The notes: a model not told the origin generated them from the letters alone. A DNA stretch of 64,000 nt from an uncultured Desulfosarcina sp. (GCA_963674945.2 CAXXWQ010000002.1:96001-160000), one strand, 5' to 3'; shown: positions 11,375-22,795, counted from the stretch's first letter. A program made the numbers and translations.

Positions 11375-13300
11375 TTACCTTCCGTCCTTTTGAAAAAGGT
11401 CCATCTCCAACCGACGCTCGGCCACATGTGCCCTTACGTCGTCAACGAACTTGTCCATGGGGATGCCGTATCGGACCGTCCCGTCCAGGGTGCGCACGGA
11501 TGCGGTACCGGCTTCTTTCTCCTTGGCGCCGCAGGTGAGGATCAGCGGCGTCTTGGCCAGCTGGGCTTCCCGAATTTTGCGATTGAGACTCTCGGTCCGG
11601 TCATCCACCTCCACGCGCAGCCCCGCATCGGCAAGGGTCTCGGCCTGGTCTCGGGCGAAGGAAACGAGGTCGTCGTTGATGGGCAGCAAGACCACCTGAA
11701 CCGGTGCCAGCCACAGGGGAAATTTACCCTCGAAGTGTTCGATGAGGATTCCCAGAAACCGCTCGATGGAACCAAACACCGTCCTGTGAACCATAATGGG
11801 CCTGTGTTTCTCATTGTCCTTGCCCACGTAGGTCAGATCGAAACGTTCGGGAAGACTCATGTCCAGTTGAATGGTGCCGCACTGCCATGTCCGTCCCAGA
11901 GCGTCCTTGATGTGTAGATCGATTTTCGGGCCGTAGAAGGCGCCATCACCCTCGTTGATCCGGTATTGTTTGCCATAGGCATCCAGCGCCGATTGCAGTC
12001 CCTTGGTGGCCGTCTCCCATTGTTCGTCGGTTCCGATGGATTTTTCCGGACGCGTGGAGAGCTCGAGATGAAATCCAAGGCCGAACTTGCCGTACACCTG
12101 TTCTTCCAGGCGCAACAGATTGTGAATCTCATCCTGGATCTGATCCGGCATCATGAACAGGTGTGCATCATCCTGGTGAAAGGCCCGAACCCGAAAGAGG
12201 CCGTTTAGTACACCCGACAATTCGTGGCGGTGTACCAGGCCGATCTCGGCCGCACGAATGGGGAGTTCCCGGTAGGAGTGGGGGCGGGTGCTGTACAGGA
12301 GCATGCCGCCGGGGCAGTTCATGGGCTTGATGGCGTAGATCTGTTCGTCCACCTCGGTGGTGTACATGTTCTCCCGGTAGTTTTCCCAGTGACCGCTTTT
12401 TTCCCACAGCCCCCGCTGGAGGATGATGGGGGTCTTGGTTTCCACGTAGCCAGCCTCCCGATGGGCGTCGCGCCAGAAGTCCAGCAGGGCGTTCCAGACA
12501 GCCATTCCCTTGGGGTGGAAAAAGGGCATGCCCGGGGCGTCGTCGTGGAAGCTGAAAAGGTCCATGGCCGCGCCGATCTTTCGATGGTTCCGTTTCTTGG
12601 CCTCTTCCAGGAGATTCAGGTATGCCTTGAGTTCCTTCTTGTCGAAATAGGCCGTTCCGTAGATCCGCTGGAGTTGGGCCTTGGATTGATCGGCGCGCCA
12701 GTAGGCACCGGAGACCCGCATCAGCTTGAAGGCACGAACGAAACCGGTATGGGGCACATGGGGGCCCCGGCACAGGTCGGTAAAATCGCCCTGCTCATAA
12801 AAAGAGATCGTGCCATCGGCCAGTTCGGAAATCATTTCGGTCTTGTAAGGCTCATTTTGGTAAAATTTCAATGCCTCGGCCTTGGATACCTCCCGGCGCT
12901 CGATGGGTATTTTTGCCTTGACGATGCGTTTCATCTCCGTCTCGATCTTGGCAAATGCCTCTTCGGAGAGCGGTTCCATATCGATATCGTAATAGAACCC
13001 ATCCTCCACGACGGGACCGATGGTGAGTTTGGCATCGGGATAAAGGTGCAATACCGCCTGGGCCATGACGTGGGCGGCACTGTGCCGCATGATCTCCAAT
13101 GCTTCGGGGTCACGGGTGGTAATCAATCGGACGGTCGCGTCTTTGTCGATGATACCGTTCAGATCGACAAGGCTGCCGTCTACTTCCATGGCCACGCAAT
13201 CGCGTGCCAGTCCCTCGGAGATGCTTTTGGCGATCGTCAGTCCCGAGACAGATTCCTCAAAGGGCTTTCGACTTCCATCGGGAAGTGTGATATGAACCAT
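11375..13300 (-). CDS. thrS: Threonine--tRNA ligase
   Basis: TGS domain (ITLPDGS), RHSAAH, DLCRGPH, KPMNCPG, GAFYGPKID, QCGTIQLD; AAGGAAGG upstream of ATG 13300. Confidence 0.98.
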   Translation of the reverse strand: MVHITLPDGSRKPFEESVSGLTIAKSISEGLARDCVAMEVDGSLVDLNGIIDKDATVRLITTRDPEALEIMRHSAAHVMAQAVLHLYPDAKLTIGPVVEDGFYYDIDMEPLSEEAFAKIETEMKRIVKAKIPIERREVSKAEALKFYQNEPYKTEMISELADGTISFYEQGDFTDLCRGPHVPHTGFVRAFKLMRVSGAYWRADQSKAQLQRIYGTAYFDKKELKAYLNLLEEAKKRNHRKIGAAMDLFSFHDDAPGMPFFHPKGMAVWNALLDFWRDAHREAGYVETKTPIILQRGLWEKSGHWENYRENMYTTEVDEQIYAIKPMNCPGGMLLYSTRPHSYRELPIRAAEIGLVHRHELSGVLNGLFRVRAFHQDDAHLFMMPDQIQDEIHNLLRLEEQVYGKFGLGFHLELSTRPEKSIGTDEQWETATKGLQSALDAYGKQYRINEGDGAFYGPKIDLHIKDALGRTWQCGTIQLDMSLPERFDLTYVGKDNEKHRPIMVHRTVFGSIERFLGILIEHFEGKFPLWLAPVQVVLLPINDDLVSFARDQAETLADAGLRVEVDDRTESLNRKIREAQLAKTPLILTCGAKEKEAGTASVRTLDGTVRYGIPMDKFVDDVRAHVAERRLEMDLFQKDGR

Positions 13301-13382
13301 TTTTTTATATTTGCCTTCCTTACGGGGTTGCGCATTCAATACAGAGACGATATCAAATAATTTATTGATAAACAAACAACTT

Positions 13383-14573
13383 ATGGAAAGTATGGAAAAT
13401 ATCCAGTCGGGTCAAGTAAAAAATCACAACGCAATCACCACGCCGGAATACCGCCTCATTCAGACTACCGCCGAGTTGGAACGCTTTGTCGAACGGATCG
13501 CAAACGAAAAGATCATCGCCGTGGATTTGGAAGCCGACTCCATGTTTCATTTCCAGGAAAAAGTTTGTTTGATCCAGATGGCCGCCAATGGTGAAAATGT
13601 GGTCATCGACCCTTTGGAGGTCGAGGACTCCGCCCCCTTGCATCCCATATTCAAGGACGAGGGAATCTGCAAGGTGTTCCACGGTTCGGATTACGACGTC
13701 CGGTCGCTCTATCGGGATTTTGCCATCGAGGTGAATAATCTGTTCGATACCCAGTTGGCCAGCATGTATTTGGGGGAGCGGGCGACCAGCCTGGAAGCCG
13801 TGGTCAACAAACGTTTCGGCATCAAGCTGGACAAACAGTATCAGAAAAAGGACTGGTCCCAGCGTCCCTTGCCCGAAGGTATGATCGAATATGCCGCATC
13901 GGACGTTTTCCACCTGATTCCCTTGGCGCGCCAGATCATGGATGAACTCGAAAAGAAGGAGCGGCTGCACTGGGTCCAGGAGGAGTGTGCGCTGCTTTCC
14001 GATGTCAGGCCGATGGAAAACGGCGATGAACCACTGTTTCTTCGGTTTCGCGGTGCCGGTCGCCTTCGGCGGCGGAATCTGGCGGTTTTGGAAGGGTTAT
14101 TGCAATACCGCAGGAAACTGGCCGTCAAAAAGGATCGCCCCCTGTTCAAGGTATTTTCCAATAAATCCATGCTGAAAATTGCCCAGGAAATGGCAGATAC
14201 CCCCGAGGCAATGGAGGCCGCGGGCTGCCTGAGTGCCAAACAGATTCGGATTTATGGTAAAGCCCTTTCCAGAGTGGTCCGGGCAGCCACGGCAATGGAT
14301 GAAAAGGATCTGCCCGTTTACCCGCGTCGGCGTCGACCCTCCGTTTCATCCAAAGTGCCGGAGCGGATCAAGGCCATCAAGGAATGGCGGGACAACCTGG
14401 CGGAAAATCTGGAATTGGATCCCTCCCTTTTGTTCAACAAGGCACTGATGACCGCCATCGCGGTCCAGCATCCCAAAAGCATCGAGGAACTACGCAAAAT
14501 CGAGGGCATGCGCAACTGGCAGGTGGATACTTTCGGGCCGGATGTCATCGGCATACTTTCAAAAATCCCCTGA
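13383..14573 (+). CDS. rnd: Ribonuclease D (DEDDy 3'-5' exonuclease with HRDC domains)
   Basis: AVDLEADS, CLIQ, FDTQLA, DWSQRPL, YAASDV; C-terminal HRDC domains. Confidence 0.9.
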   Translation: MESMENIQSGQVKNHNAITTPEYRLIQTTAELERFVERIANEKIIAVDLEADSMFHFQEKVCLIQMAANGENVVIDPLEVEDSAPLHPIFKDEGICKVFHGSDYDVRSLYRDFAIEVNNLFDTQLASMYLGERATSLEAVVNKRFGIKLDKQYQKKDWSQRPLPEGMIEYAASDVFHLIPLARQIMDELEKKERLHWVQEECALLSDVRPMENGDEPLFLRFRGAGRLRRRNLAVLEGLLQYRRKLAVKKDRPLFKVFSNKSMLKIAQEMADTPEAMEAAGCLSAKQIRIYGKALSRVVRAATAMDEKDLPVYPRRRRPSVSSKVPERIKAIKEWRDNLAENLELDPSLLFNKALMTAIAVQHPKSIEELRKIEGMRNWQVDTFGPDVIGILSKIP

Positions 14574-14673
14574 AACAACAACTGCTTCGAAGCGTATACA
14601 AGTACCATATAAAGGGCTGGACTTTCGGCCCGACACTATATATACACTATTTGTGTGTCGGACACCTCATGGT

Positions 14674-14797
14674 CAGTGCCCATCCAGAAACGGCACCTCA
14701 TGGCCCATGCCGGCGTTTTCGCTCCGTCGAAATCCTCAACGTAGCGCTGCTACGGCCCTGGCATGCGCCATGATCCACCATTTCTGGATAGACACTG
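14674..14797 (+). repeat. MITE-like palindromic element family M, copy A (internally deleted)
   Basis: Terminal inverted repeats CAGTGCCCATCCAGAAA / TTTCTGGATAGACACTG (15/17); nearly colinear with the reverse complement of 42745-42888. Confidence 0.85.
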
Positions 14798-15081
14798 TTC
14801 GGGCCTTTTGGATGGCAATATCGAACCTGAACTGATCGTTTCAAATTTTCTTGAAAGATAAAGTAACCTGAGATTGTAGATCGATGCCTCAAGGTCAGGG
14901 CGTGGTTATTTTTACTAAATAGCACAAAGGATTCCGACACATCCAGGCATGACTTTATATTCATTCGATAACAACCTTCTATTGTAGGCCCACAAAACTC
15001 AATGTATTTGAGGAAGCGGAGCTATCGGCTTGATACCCACCAGATGAGCTTCGTGTAATCGTATTATTCCGATCTTTTATA

Positions 15082-16002
15082 ATGAGAAAAAAGATCCGCT
15101 GTCCGGACTGTAACGGCACAGATATAAAAAAAATAGGCCCAATTCCGCCAACAGATGTCTTTGCTGGCATCCAATTGTCTTCACCGATTCCAGGCGGGGC
15201 CTTGTATCGTTGCCGAAAGTGCCACTTGGGTTTTCGGTGGCCACGAATATCTCAAGAACTGCGCAGACAGTTGTACATAGGTGGAAACGAACATGCATGG
15301 AAGATTCCAGCACAACAAAGGCACGATTGGATTCTTGCCTGCGATTGGATCAGGCCACTCTTCCCCTCTTCCGCAAGAATTTTGGATGTCGGTTGCTATG
15401 ATGGAAAGTTTTTAAGTTCGCTTGAAGATGGCTACCAACGGTACGGCATCGAGATTCATCCAAGTGCCCGACAGCGTCTTTCCGAAAAAAGTATTAACAT
15501 ATTTGGATCAGATATCGATAAGTTGAGTGGCACAAAGTCAAAGTTTGACTGCATTACCGCTTTTGACTTCATCGAACATGTAGAATCCCCCAAATCTTTT
15601 CTTTCCCAGTGTGCGAATGCATTGAAACCTGGTGGATACATCATCATTTCTTCAGGCAACCTGGATGCTTTGTCTTTCCGTCTCATGGGAAGTCGGTATT
15701 GGTATTGTACGAATGCCGAACACTTATCTTTTATCAGCATGAAATGGCTTTACCGGACGGTACCAAAACTGGGATTGAAAATAAACAAATTCAAAACAAT
15801 TTCTCACGAAAGCACTCATATGGCATCGAAGATAAAACAGCCGTTAGTATGTATCGGCTATAGATTGTTGCCTCAATTTTTTGGCTATTTGAGAAGGCGC
15901 GGCTGGGGGGGGAAAGATGCGGTTAATCACCCGGAATTGGCCGAATATCCTCCTGTATGGGGTTCTGCAAAAGATCATTTTATCGTTTTAATGAAGAAAT
16001 AG
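15082..16002 (+). CDS. Class I SAM-dependent methyltransferase with N-terminal Zn ribbon
   Basis: CPDC...CRKC, ILDVGCYDG, FDFIEHV, LKPGG. Confidence 0.85.
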   Translation: MRKKIRCPDCNGTDIKKIGPIPPTDVFAGIQLSSPIPGGALYRCRKCHLGFRWPRISQELRRQLYIGGNEHAWKIPAQQRHDWILACDWIRPLFPSSARILDVGCYDGKFLSSLEDGYQRYGIEIHPSARQRLSEKSINIFGSDIDKLSGTKSKFDCITAFDFIEHVESPKSFLSQCANALKPGGYIIISSGNLDALSFRLMGSRYWYCTNAEHLSFISMKWLYRTVPKLGLKINKFKTISHESTHMASKIKQPLVCIGYRLLPQFFGYLRRRGWGGKDAVNHPELAEYPPVWGSAKDHFIVLMKK

Positions 16003-16025
16003 TATGTGATATTTTAAATCAGCTA

Positions 16026-17228
16026 ATGAAGTTTTATACTATCAAACCAGTGAAACAATCACAAATTGCCAGAATTAAAGAATTAGACGGTATTCGTGGT
16101 ATCGCGATTCTACTTGTATTGATTTGGCATTACATACGTTGCCAAGTCAGATATGATAAAGAGAGTATATGGGCTTATTTATCAGCAACTCTCAATTTGA
16201 CTTGGAGTGGGGTTGATCTGTTTTTTGTGCTTTCAGGATTTTTAATTGTTGGCATTTTGTTGGATGCAAAAGGTGCCGAGTCATATTTCAAAACTTTTTA
16301 CGCAAGAAGGATATGCCGGATTGTACCGTTATATTTATTGATGCTTTGTCTCTTTCTTATTATTCCTTTGATTACTTCAGCACCGAATGAATGGCTGTTT
16401 GCCAAACCTCTGCCACTTTTTAGTTACTTCACATTTACCCAAAATTTCTTTATGCATAACAATGGGTTTGGTCCGCACTGGTTAGGCGTAACTTGGTCTT
16501 TGGCCATCGAAGAACAATTCTATCTATTTATACCTGTTTTAATTTTTTTGTTAAGCCGGAGGCAATTGTATTGTGTTTTTTTTACTTTAATCGTAATGGC
16601 ACCGACTTTTCGATTAGTAATAGGAGATCTGGGTGCTTATGTGTTTCCGTTTACTCGTTCCGACGCTATTCTAATGGGGGGATTGCTGGCGTTACTGCTC
16701 AGAAATCCAAGTGTGCGAAAAAAAATTGTAGATAATTATAACTACTTGCTTGGTGCGTTTTTCATTTTTCTTTTTGGGTCTTCTCTGTTTATCTTAATGC
16801 GTGCTGGGATTGGAGGTGTGTTCGTTCATTTTTGGCTAAGTGTACTTTACAGCTTATTTATCGTTGTCTGTCTTTTCGGTAATAGAAAAGTAATCGACAA
16901 ACTGGTTTCAAATAGAATCTTCGTTTGGCTGGGACTCCGATCTTACGGAATATATTTATTTCATCAACCCATCAGCGGAATGATTCACAATTTCATGAAT
17001 GGCAATGAAGAGCCAAGTTTTTCTAATCTATCAGAGTTTTACCCAACGTTAATCGCTCTATTGGCTGTTCTTCTTTTGGCCGAAATATCGTATAGGTATT
17101 TTGAATCCATATTTCTCTTAATTGGTAAAAAATTTACTTATGAATTCATCGATAAGGACGAGAATCGTATACCAACTATAGAAAAAAAAGCCGTAACTCA
17201 ATTCTCATGTTTCAACAACAATGCTTGA
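16026..17228 (+). CDS. Acyltransferase family 3 (polysaccharide O-acetylase-like)
   Basis: LDGIRGIAILLV, GVDLFFVLSGFLI, WSLAIEEQFY, SYGIYLFH. Confidence 0.92.
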   Translation: MKFYTIKPVKQSQIARIKELDGIRGIAILLVLIWHYIRCQVRYDKESIWAYLSATLNLTWSGVDLFFVLSGFLIVGILLDAKGAESYFKTFYARRICRIVPLYLLMLCLFLIIPLITSAPNEWLFAKPLPLFSYFTFTQNFFMHNNGFGPHWLGVTWSLAIEEQFYLFIPVLIFLLSRRQLYCVFFTLIVMAPTFRLVIGDLGAYVFPFTRSDAILMGGLLALLLRNPSVRKKIVDNYNYLLGAFFIFLFGSSLFILMRAGIGGVFVHFWLSVLYSLFIVVCLFGNRKVIDKLVSNRIFVWLGLRSYGIYLFHQPISGMIHNFMNGNEEPSFSNLSEFYPTLIALLAVLLLAEISYRYFESIFLLIGKKFTYEFIDKDENRIPTIEKKAVTQFSCFNNNA

Positions 17229-17295
17229 ACCTTTGACAACATAACCAGACAGAATATTAGATGCTGTGTAGCATCCATACTCATAATAAATTCGC

Positions 17296-18042
17296 ATGCA
17301 ATTGCCACAAATCATCACTAAAACCATTAAAAAATCCCTGCATATGTTAGGGTTTGACATTATCCACTGGAAAAACAGCCCAAGTTTATCACTTCTTGGT
17401 CTTCACAAAATGAAGATTCGAACAATAATCGATGTGGGTGCCAATACAGGTCAATTTGCCCAATCAATTTCTCAACCATTTCCTAGCGCTAAGCTTTATT
17501 GCTTCGAACCCCTTCCCGGCCCTTATTCAAATTTGTCGGAATGGGCGGACAGACAAAAAGGGCGAGTTGTAGCGTTTAATTTAGCCCTTGGAGATGAAGA
17601 GAAAGAAATCGATATGTTTCTCCACGAAACGCATACCCCATCATCTTCAATATTGCATACGACAAAAATCAATGATCGGCAATATCCATTTACGAAAAAA
17701 CAAAGTAAGATCTGTGTGAGGCAAACGACTTTGGATTCTGCGTTTAACTCAGAAGATTTTGAGTTAGAACCAGACATATTGATAAAAGTCGATGTCCAAG
17801 GTTACGAGAATCGTGTTATTGCGGGAGGGAGAAGTACATTTACAGCTGCATCGGCATGCATTTTGGAGATTTGTATTGATCACTTATATGAAGGCCAGGC
17901 GGATTTCGAAGAATTATTCCTCATGTTACGAGATTTGAATTATCAATATGCTGGTAACTTGAGTCAAGTTTACGGCGATGACGGACATTGTGTTTATATC
18001 GATGCGCTTTTCATCAATTTTAGCCCGGCAGATATCGTTTAA
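17296..18042 (+). CDS. FkbM family methyltransferase
   Basis: IDVGANTGQ, FEP, IKVDVQGYE. Confidence 0.9.
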   Translation: MQLPQIITKTIKKSLHMLGFDIIHWKNSPSLSLLGLHKMKIRTIIDVGANTGQFAQSISQPFPSAKLYCFEPLPGPYSNLSEWADRQKGRVVAFNLALGDEEKEIDMFLHETHTPSSSILHTTKINDRQYPFTKKQSKICVRQTTLDSAFNSEDFELEPDILIKVDVQGYENRVIAGGRSTFTAASACILEICIDHLYEGQADFEELFLMLRDLNYQYAGNLSQVYGDDGHCVYIDALFINFSPADIV

Positions 18043-18056
18043 GCAATATTCTTTAG

Positions 18057-19556
18057 ATGGGAAATCGATTCACCAAAAACCTCTTGTCTGCAGCCGTTCA
18101 GACAATTCTCCAAATGGCGATTTTGGTGTTACTCTATCGGTATTTGGTGAATCGGGTCGGGATCGATAATTTAGGAATCTGGTCCATTGTTTTAGCTGTT
18201 GTTTCGGTAGCTCGGATTAGTGAGATTGGGTTCGGTGGGAGTATTGTTAAGTATGTAGCTGCTTACCACTCGCAAGGGAACAAGGTCGCTACAGCTGAGC
18301 TCCTGCAGACAGCAGCGATAAGCGTCGGAGTATTGGTTGCTCTATTTATTTTTATAGCCTATCCACTGCTACGATTGGTTCTGCCCTATGTTTTACCCGA
18401 TGTCGGGCTGGACGCCGCGCAGAATATTTTACCATATTGCCTCGTATCCTTGTGGTTAACATCAATAGCGGAAATTTGGATGAATGCTTTGGATGCATTT
18501 TTCCATAGTGAACTACGGGCAGTAGCTATGATATTTGGAAGCGTTGCCTTTTTTTTCTTTGCGATGTTAGGCGTATCTCGCTACGGTTTGGTTGGGTTAG
18601 CGATTGCACAGGTAATCCAAAGCGCAATCCTTGTTTCGATCGGCTGGGCGATTCTTCGCAAAGTTTTACCTACCTTGCCAGTTATTCCAATGCAATGGAA
18701 TTACATGCGATTTAAGGAAATGATAGGCTATGGTATTCGCTTTCAAACCAATTTTGTCATGACACTTTTGTTTATACCGGCTACTAAATTATTGATTGGA
18801 CGATTGGGTGGCCTATCTTCGGCCGGCTACTTTGAGATGGCTCAACAAATAGTTCTCAAAATCAGAGCAATTGTGGTTGATAGCAACCGCGTTATCGTAC
18901 CGGTTTATGCGAGTATGGAAGCAATTGAACAAGATGTACACAACCTCTATCGGAACAACACGAAAAACCTTTTCTTTTTTATTACACCGGTATTTTCGGT
19001 CTTTATCGCCATGATACCAGCAATTTGCGAGATATGGATTGGTAGTTTACAGCCTCAATTTATCGTAATGAGTAGTTGGATCGCCTTTGCCTGGTTTATC
19101 AACATTGTTTCTTCACCTGCATATTTTGCCTATTTAGGGAAGGGTAATTTATATTGGGTTGTCTTTTCTCACATTGCAATGGGTGGAATCAATATCATTG
19201 CAGGGATCATATTTGGCAATTTATTCGGCTGGAAAGGTGTTCTATCAGCATTTGTTGGAGCGCTGATTCTTGGCAGTATTATTCCCACATGGGCATATCA
19301 TTATGAGCATTGTATTGAACTTAGGCAGGTTTTTAGGCGTTCGGATATAATATCTGTTGTGGTTAGCTTTAGTGCATCGATAATTGCATTGTTAGGATAC
19401 TTAGCGATGGCAAATGCATCGTTGATAGATAAATGGCAACGGATCGAGATAGTGGGCCTATTCATTTGCATTGTTTCAATAGTCATCTTTTTATTAAATC
19501 CTTTACGTTCTAAACTCTTTTCAGCCGGAAGTTCTTTTTTAAGAAGTTATCTATGA
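18057..19556 (+). CDS. wzx: Oligosaccharide repeat-unit flippase (Wzx)
   Basis: 499-aa polytopic membrane protein with MOP-type N-terminus, in a polysaccharide cluster. Confidence 0.8.
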   Translation: MGNRFTKNLLSAAVQTILQMAILVLLYRYLVNRVGIDNLGIWSIVLAVVSVARISEIGFGGSIVKYVAAYHSQGNKVATAELLQTAAISVGVLVALFIFIAYPLLRLVLPYVLPDVGLDAAQNILPYCLVSLWLTSIAEIWMNALDAFFHSELRAVAMIFGSVAFFFFAMLGVSRYGLVGLAIAQVIQSAILVSIGWAILRKVLPTLPVIPMQWNYMRFKEMIGYGIRFQTNFVMTLLFIPATKLLIGRLGGLSSAGYFEMAQQIVLKIRAIVVDSNRVIVPVYASMEAIEQDVHNLYRNNTKNLFFFITPVFSVFIAMIPAICEIWIGSLQPQFIVMSSWIAFAWFINIVSSPAYFAYLGKGNLYWVVFSHIAMGGINIIAGIIFGNLFGWKGVLSAFVGALILGSIIPTWAYHYEHCIELRQVFRRSDIISVVVSFSASIIALLGYLAMANASLIDKWQRIEIVGLFICIVSIVIFLLNPLRSKLFSAGSSFLRSYL

Positions 19557-19644
19557 AGAATGAAGATAGCATACATAACCGTTTATGACAAAACAATGCG
19601 TCTTAATTCTAATAAATAAAATACTCGTTATAAAAATATAATAA

Positions 19645-20901
19645 ATGCGCAAAGCAATTCAGCAGATATTAATTGATTCCATTATTTTCTTAATTCCTGC
19701 CTTAAAATTTATTGAAATTGAAACAGTTGGAAGGCTATTATTTACCGATATTGTATTTTTAGCTTTATTTCCGATAATTTTAATATTAAAATTTAATAAA
19801 TTACACAAACGAATAGTAATTCAAATCATAATATTAGGCTTAATTTGGCTTTCAAGCCAAGTGCTAACAGATATAATCAGGGGAACACCTAGTAATGATT
19901 ACTATCGCGGATGGGCAAAGATTATTGTAACAACTATTCATTTCTGTATAATCTATCTTATAATCAATAATAATCGGCGAATTGTTGTTTTTATACTTGG
20001 ATTATGTGCCGGCGATATACTAGGATATTTTTTTAATCCGAATATTTACTCCCTATATTTCCCATGGAAATTTGGATTTGGCTCTCCGGTAACCTATATT
20101 TTAATTTTATTGGCCTGCATATTTTTTAATAGATATTTTGTTATCAGCATTATCCTTCTTATATTTTCAAGTATAATAAATTTATACATGGACTTTAGAT
20201 CCTTGTCCGGGATATGTTTTATAACAGTCATATATTTATTAATTCAGGAGTCTGTGCTCAAAACAAATAATATCCAAGCTCGTTTGAAATTAAAAGATAT
20301 TGTTGTTCTTTTTTCCATATTACTCCTTTCCGGCCTTACATTTTTAAAAGGTTATGAAACTCTTGCAAAAAAGGGCTTGCTGGGCGAATCTGCGCAAATG
20401 AAATATTATTATCAATCCTCTGGAGATTATGGAATTATTGTAGGAGGAAGAAGCGAAATCCTCATCTCCATCTATGCAATTGTTCATTCGCCTTTGGTCG
20501 GATATGGTTCTTGGGCAAAAAATTATCAGTTCATTGAACTTCTTAACAATTTTATGAATAATTTAGGATATGTGCAACCATTCTTAGGTGCGTCTGATGT
20601 AATACCAACACACTCCCATTTTTTTGGTTCATGGGTTGAATCTGGTATTGGTGGTGCTTTATTTTGGGGTTTTATAATAACGTTAATCCTTCGAGTATTT
20701 ATTACCAGACAGAATAAAAACAATTTAATGACACCACTTATTATATTTGTTTCCTTTCATTTATTATGGGATATCTTTTTTTCGCCATTTGGATCCGACC
20801 AACGGTTTATTGAGCCTCTGTTTTTTACAATCATGATAAATTACCTTCCGGAAAATTATACCGAAAGAGCTAGATCAATTTATGCACGGTCTATCGGATA
20901 A
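19645..20901 (+). CDS. Probable polysaccharide polymerase (Wzy-like)
   Basis: Very hydrophobic, AT-rich gene; periplasmic loop with R...PLVGYG...HS resembling Wzy_C. Confidence 0.65.
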   Translation: MRKAIQQILIDSIIFLIPALKFIEIETVGRLLFTDIVFLALFPIILILKFNKLHKRIVIQIIILGLIWLSSQVLTDIIRGTPSNDYYRGWAKIIVTTIHFCIIYLIINNNRRIVVFILGLCAGDILGYFFNPNIYSLYFPWKFGFGSPVTYILILLACIFFNRYFVISIILLIFSSIINLYMDFRSLSGICFITVIYLLIQESVLKTNNIQARLKLKDIVVLFSILLLSGLTFLKGYETLAKKGLLGESAQMKYYYQSSGDYGIIVGGRSEILISIYAIVHSPLVGYGSWAKNYQFIELLNNFMNNLGYVQPFLGASDVIPTHSHFFGSWVESGIGGALFWGFIITLILRVFITRQNKNNLMTPLIIFVSFHLLWDIFFSPFGSDQRFIEPLFFTIMINYLPENYTERARSIYARSIG

Positions 20902-21688
20902 GCGTCTAAAGATTTCTATTGTAACAATTTCATATAATCAAGGCAAATTTTTAGAACAAACAATCTTGTCTGTAATCAATCAATGTTACGAAAATATAGA
21001 ATATATAATTGTAGATCCGGGGTCTACCGATAGAAGCCGAGAAATTATAAATAAGTATTCGGACCATTTTAGCCATATCGTCTTAGAGCCTGATGCGGGA
21101 CCTTCCGATGGACTGAACAAAGGGTTTTTAAGAGCGACTGGTGATATATATGGTTTTATAAACTCGGATGATAAGCTGTTACCCGATGCATTACACAAAG
21201 TATCAGAGTTTTTTAAAAACAATAAACATGCCGATGTCATTTCGGGGCATAGCCTGATCATAGATGAAAGAAATGAAATTCTAAGAAAATGCTACTCGAA
21301 TAAATTTTCTCTCAAAATGAATGCATATGGCGCATGTACATTGATGCAGCCATCAACATTTTTTCGAAAAGATTGCTTCCATAAAACCACTGGATTTAAT
21401 ATTAAAAATTGTTGCTGTTGGGATGATGAACTTTTTGTTGATATGGGTTTAAATGGGGCATCATTTCATATAATCAATGAGTTTCTGAGTTCATTTCGAA
21501 TTCATTCAAACAGTATTAACGCCTCAGGGTGTTTAGATCAAGAAACATTAGAATATTATGATCGGAAATTTTATAAAATCATCAATCGAAAAAAAGAAGG
21601 GAAAGATGCAATACTGAGTCTCTATTACAAATTGATCAAACATATTAGAAATCCATCAAATTTGATAGAAAAGTTACGAAAAAGGTAA
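20882..21688 (+). CDS. Glycosyltransferase family 2
   Basis: ISIVTISYN, IIVDPGSTD, FINSDD. Confidence 0.9.
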   Translation: MHGLSDKRLKISIVTISYNQGKFLEQTILSVINQCYENIEYIIVDPGSTDRSREIINKYSDHFSHIVLEPDAGPSDGLNKGFLRATGDIYGFINSDDKLLPDALHKVSEFFKNNKHADVISGHSLIIDERNEILRKCYSNKFSLKMNAYGACTLMQPSTFFRKDCFHKTTGFNIKNCCCWDDELFVDMGLNGASFHIINEFLSSFRIHSNSINASGCLDQETLEYYDRKFYKIINRKKEGKDAILSLYYKLIKHIRNPSNLIEKLRKR

Positions 21689-21936
21689 AATTTATAAGAG
21701 AACGCTTCATAGAAGCTATGAAATTCATATATTTTCGTCAACTTCCAATAGAATGATGAAAGATAATGGTAATTAAGATAGCCTAATTAACTTTATATCC
21801 TCTTTATAAAATTGGAATTAATTGGGTCGGCACTACCTAATGCATACTTTGTTAAAGAGATATGACTTCTTGCCGTTTGCTAAAACCGATTTATATTTGA
21901 AGGTTGCTAAAGGAAAAAATATAAGGAAATAAGTAC

Positions 21937-22758
21937 TTGGCAACGATCACCGCGATAATTCTCACACTAAATGAAGAGAATAATATTGAGTCATGTCTTT
22001 CCTATCTAAATTGGACTGATCGAAATCTCATTGTTGATTCCGGAAGTTCTGATAAAACCATTGAGATTGCAAGAAAACTTGGCTGCGATATATACTCGAA
22101 TTCTTGGGAAGGATTTGCCGCCCAGCGAAATTGGGCACTTGAACATACCGAAATTACAACGGAATGGGTTTTGTTTGTTGATGCTGATGAAGAAATTACT
22201 CCGGCTTTACAGACGGAAATACGTAAAACCCTTGAAACGACAACGAATAATGCATTATATCTTTGCTCAAAAATAATGTTGTTTGGGAAATGGGTGAAAA
22301 GAAGCGCAAACTTTCCCGTATGGCACCCTAGAATTTTGCGCTACGGCGAAGCTAACTTCAAAAATGCGGTAACCGGACATGGAGAAACCTGGGAGGTTCA
22401 GGGCAACACCGGCTACTTGCAAGAGCCCTATACACATTATGCATTTTCAAAGGGACTCGGCTTCTGGTTTGAAAAGCACAACAGATTATCCGGCATTGAG
22501 AGTGAGGCGTATAAACGGAATCAATGTACAAGTGCCAGAAAAATGAATAGCCTTTTTTCAAAAGATAAACACAAAAAAAGGCAGGCTCTCAGGGCGCTTT
22601 CTTACAAACTCCCCTTTCGTCCTTTCATCAGGTTCTTTTATAATCTGCTTATTAAAGGTGGAATTCTTGATGGCCCAGCCGGATGGACCTATTGTTCCCT
22701 TTATTTAGCCTATGAGATAATGATATCTGCGAAAATACAAGAATTTCGGCAATCATGA
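21937..22758 (+). CDS. Glycosyltransferase family 2
   Basis: TTG start after AAGGA; ILTLNEE, VDSGSSD, WVLFVDADE. Confidence 0.9.
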   Translation: MATITAIILTLNEENNIESCLSYLNWTDRNLIVDSGSSDKTIEIARKLGCDIYSNSWEGFAAQRNWALEHTEITTEWVLFVDADEEITPALQTEIRKTLETTTNNALYLCSKIMLFGKWVKRSANFPVWHPRILRYGEANFKNAVTGHGETWEVQGNTGYLQEPYTHYAFSKGLGFWFEKHNRLSGIESEAYKRNQCTSARKMNSLFSKDKHKKRQALRALSYKLPFRPFIRFFYNLLIKGGILDGPAGWTYCSLYLAYEIMISAKIQEFRQS

Positions 22759-22795
22759 AAATTCAGCCAATTGTTGCTTTGATAACTCTTGTTCA

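Noticed and set aside
11123..11917. ORFs spanning repeats (also 49613-49963, 49679-50080, 14542-14835, 59290-59493)
   Set aside because: Translations of dispersed repeats or antisense frames of real genes, with no domain motifs
12224..13360. Long antisense ORFs (also 33869-34894, 37013-38158, 31404-32297, 51748-52716)
   Set aside because: Shadow frames opposite well-supported genes, expected in GC-rich coding DNA
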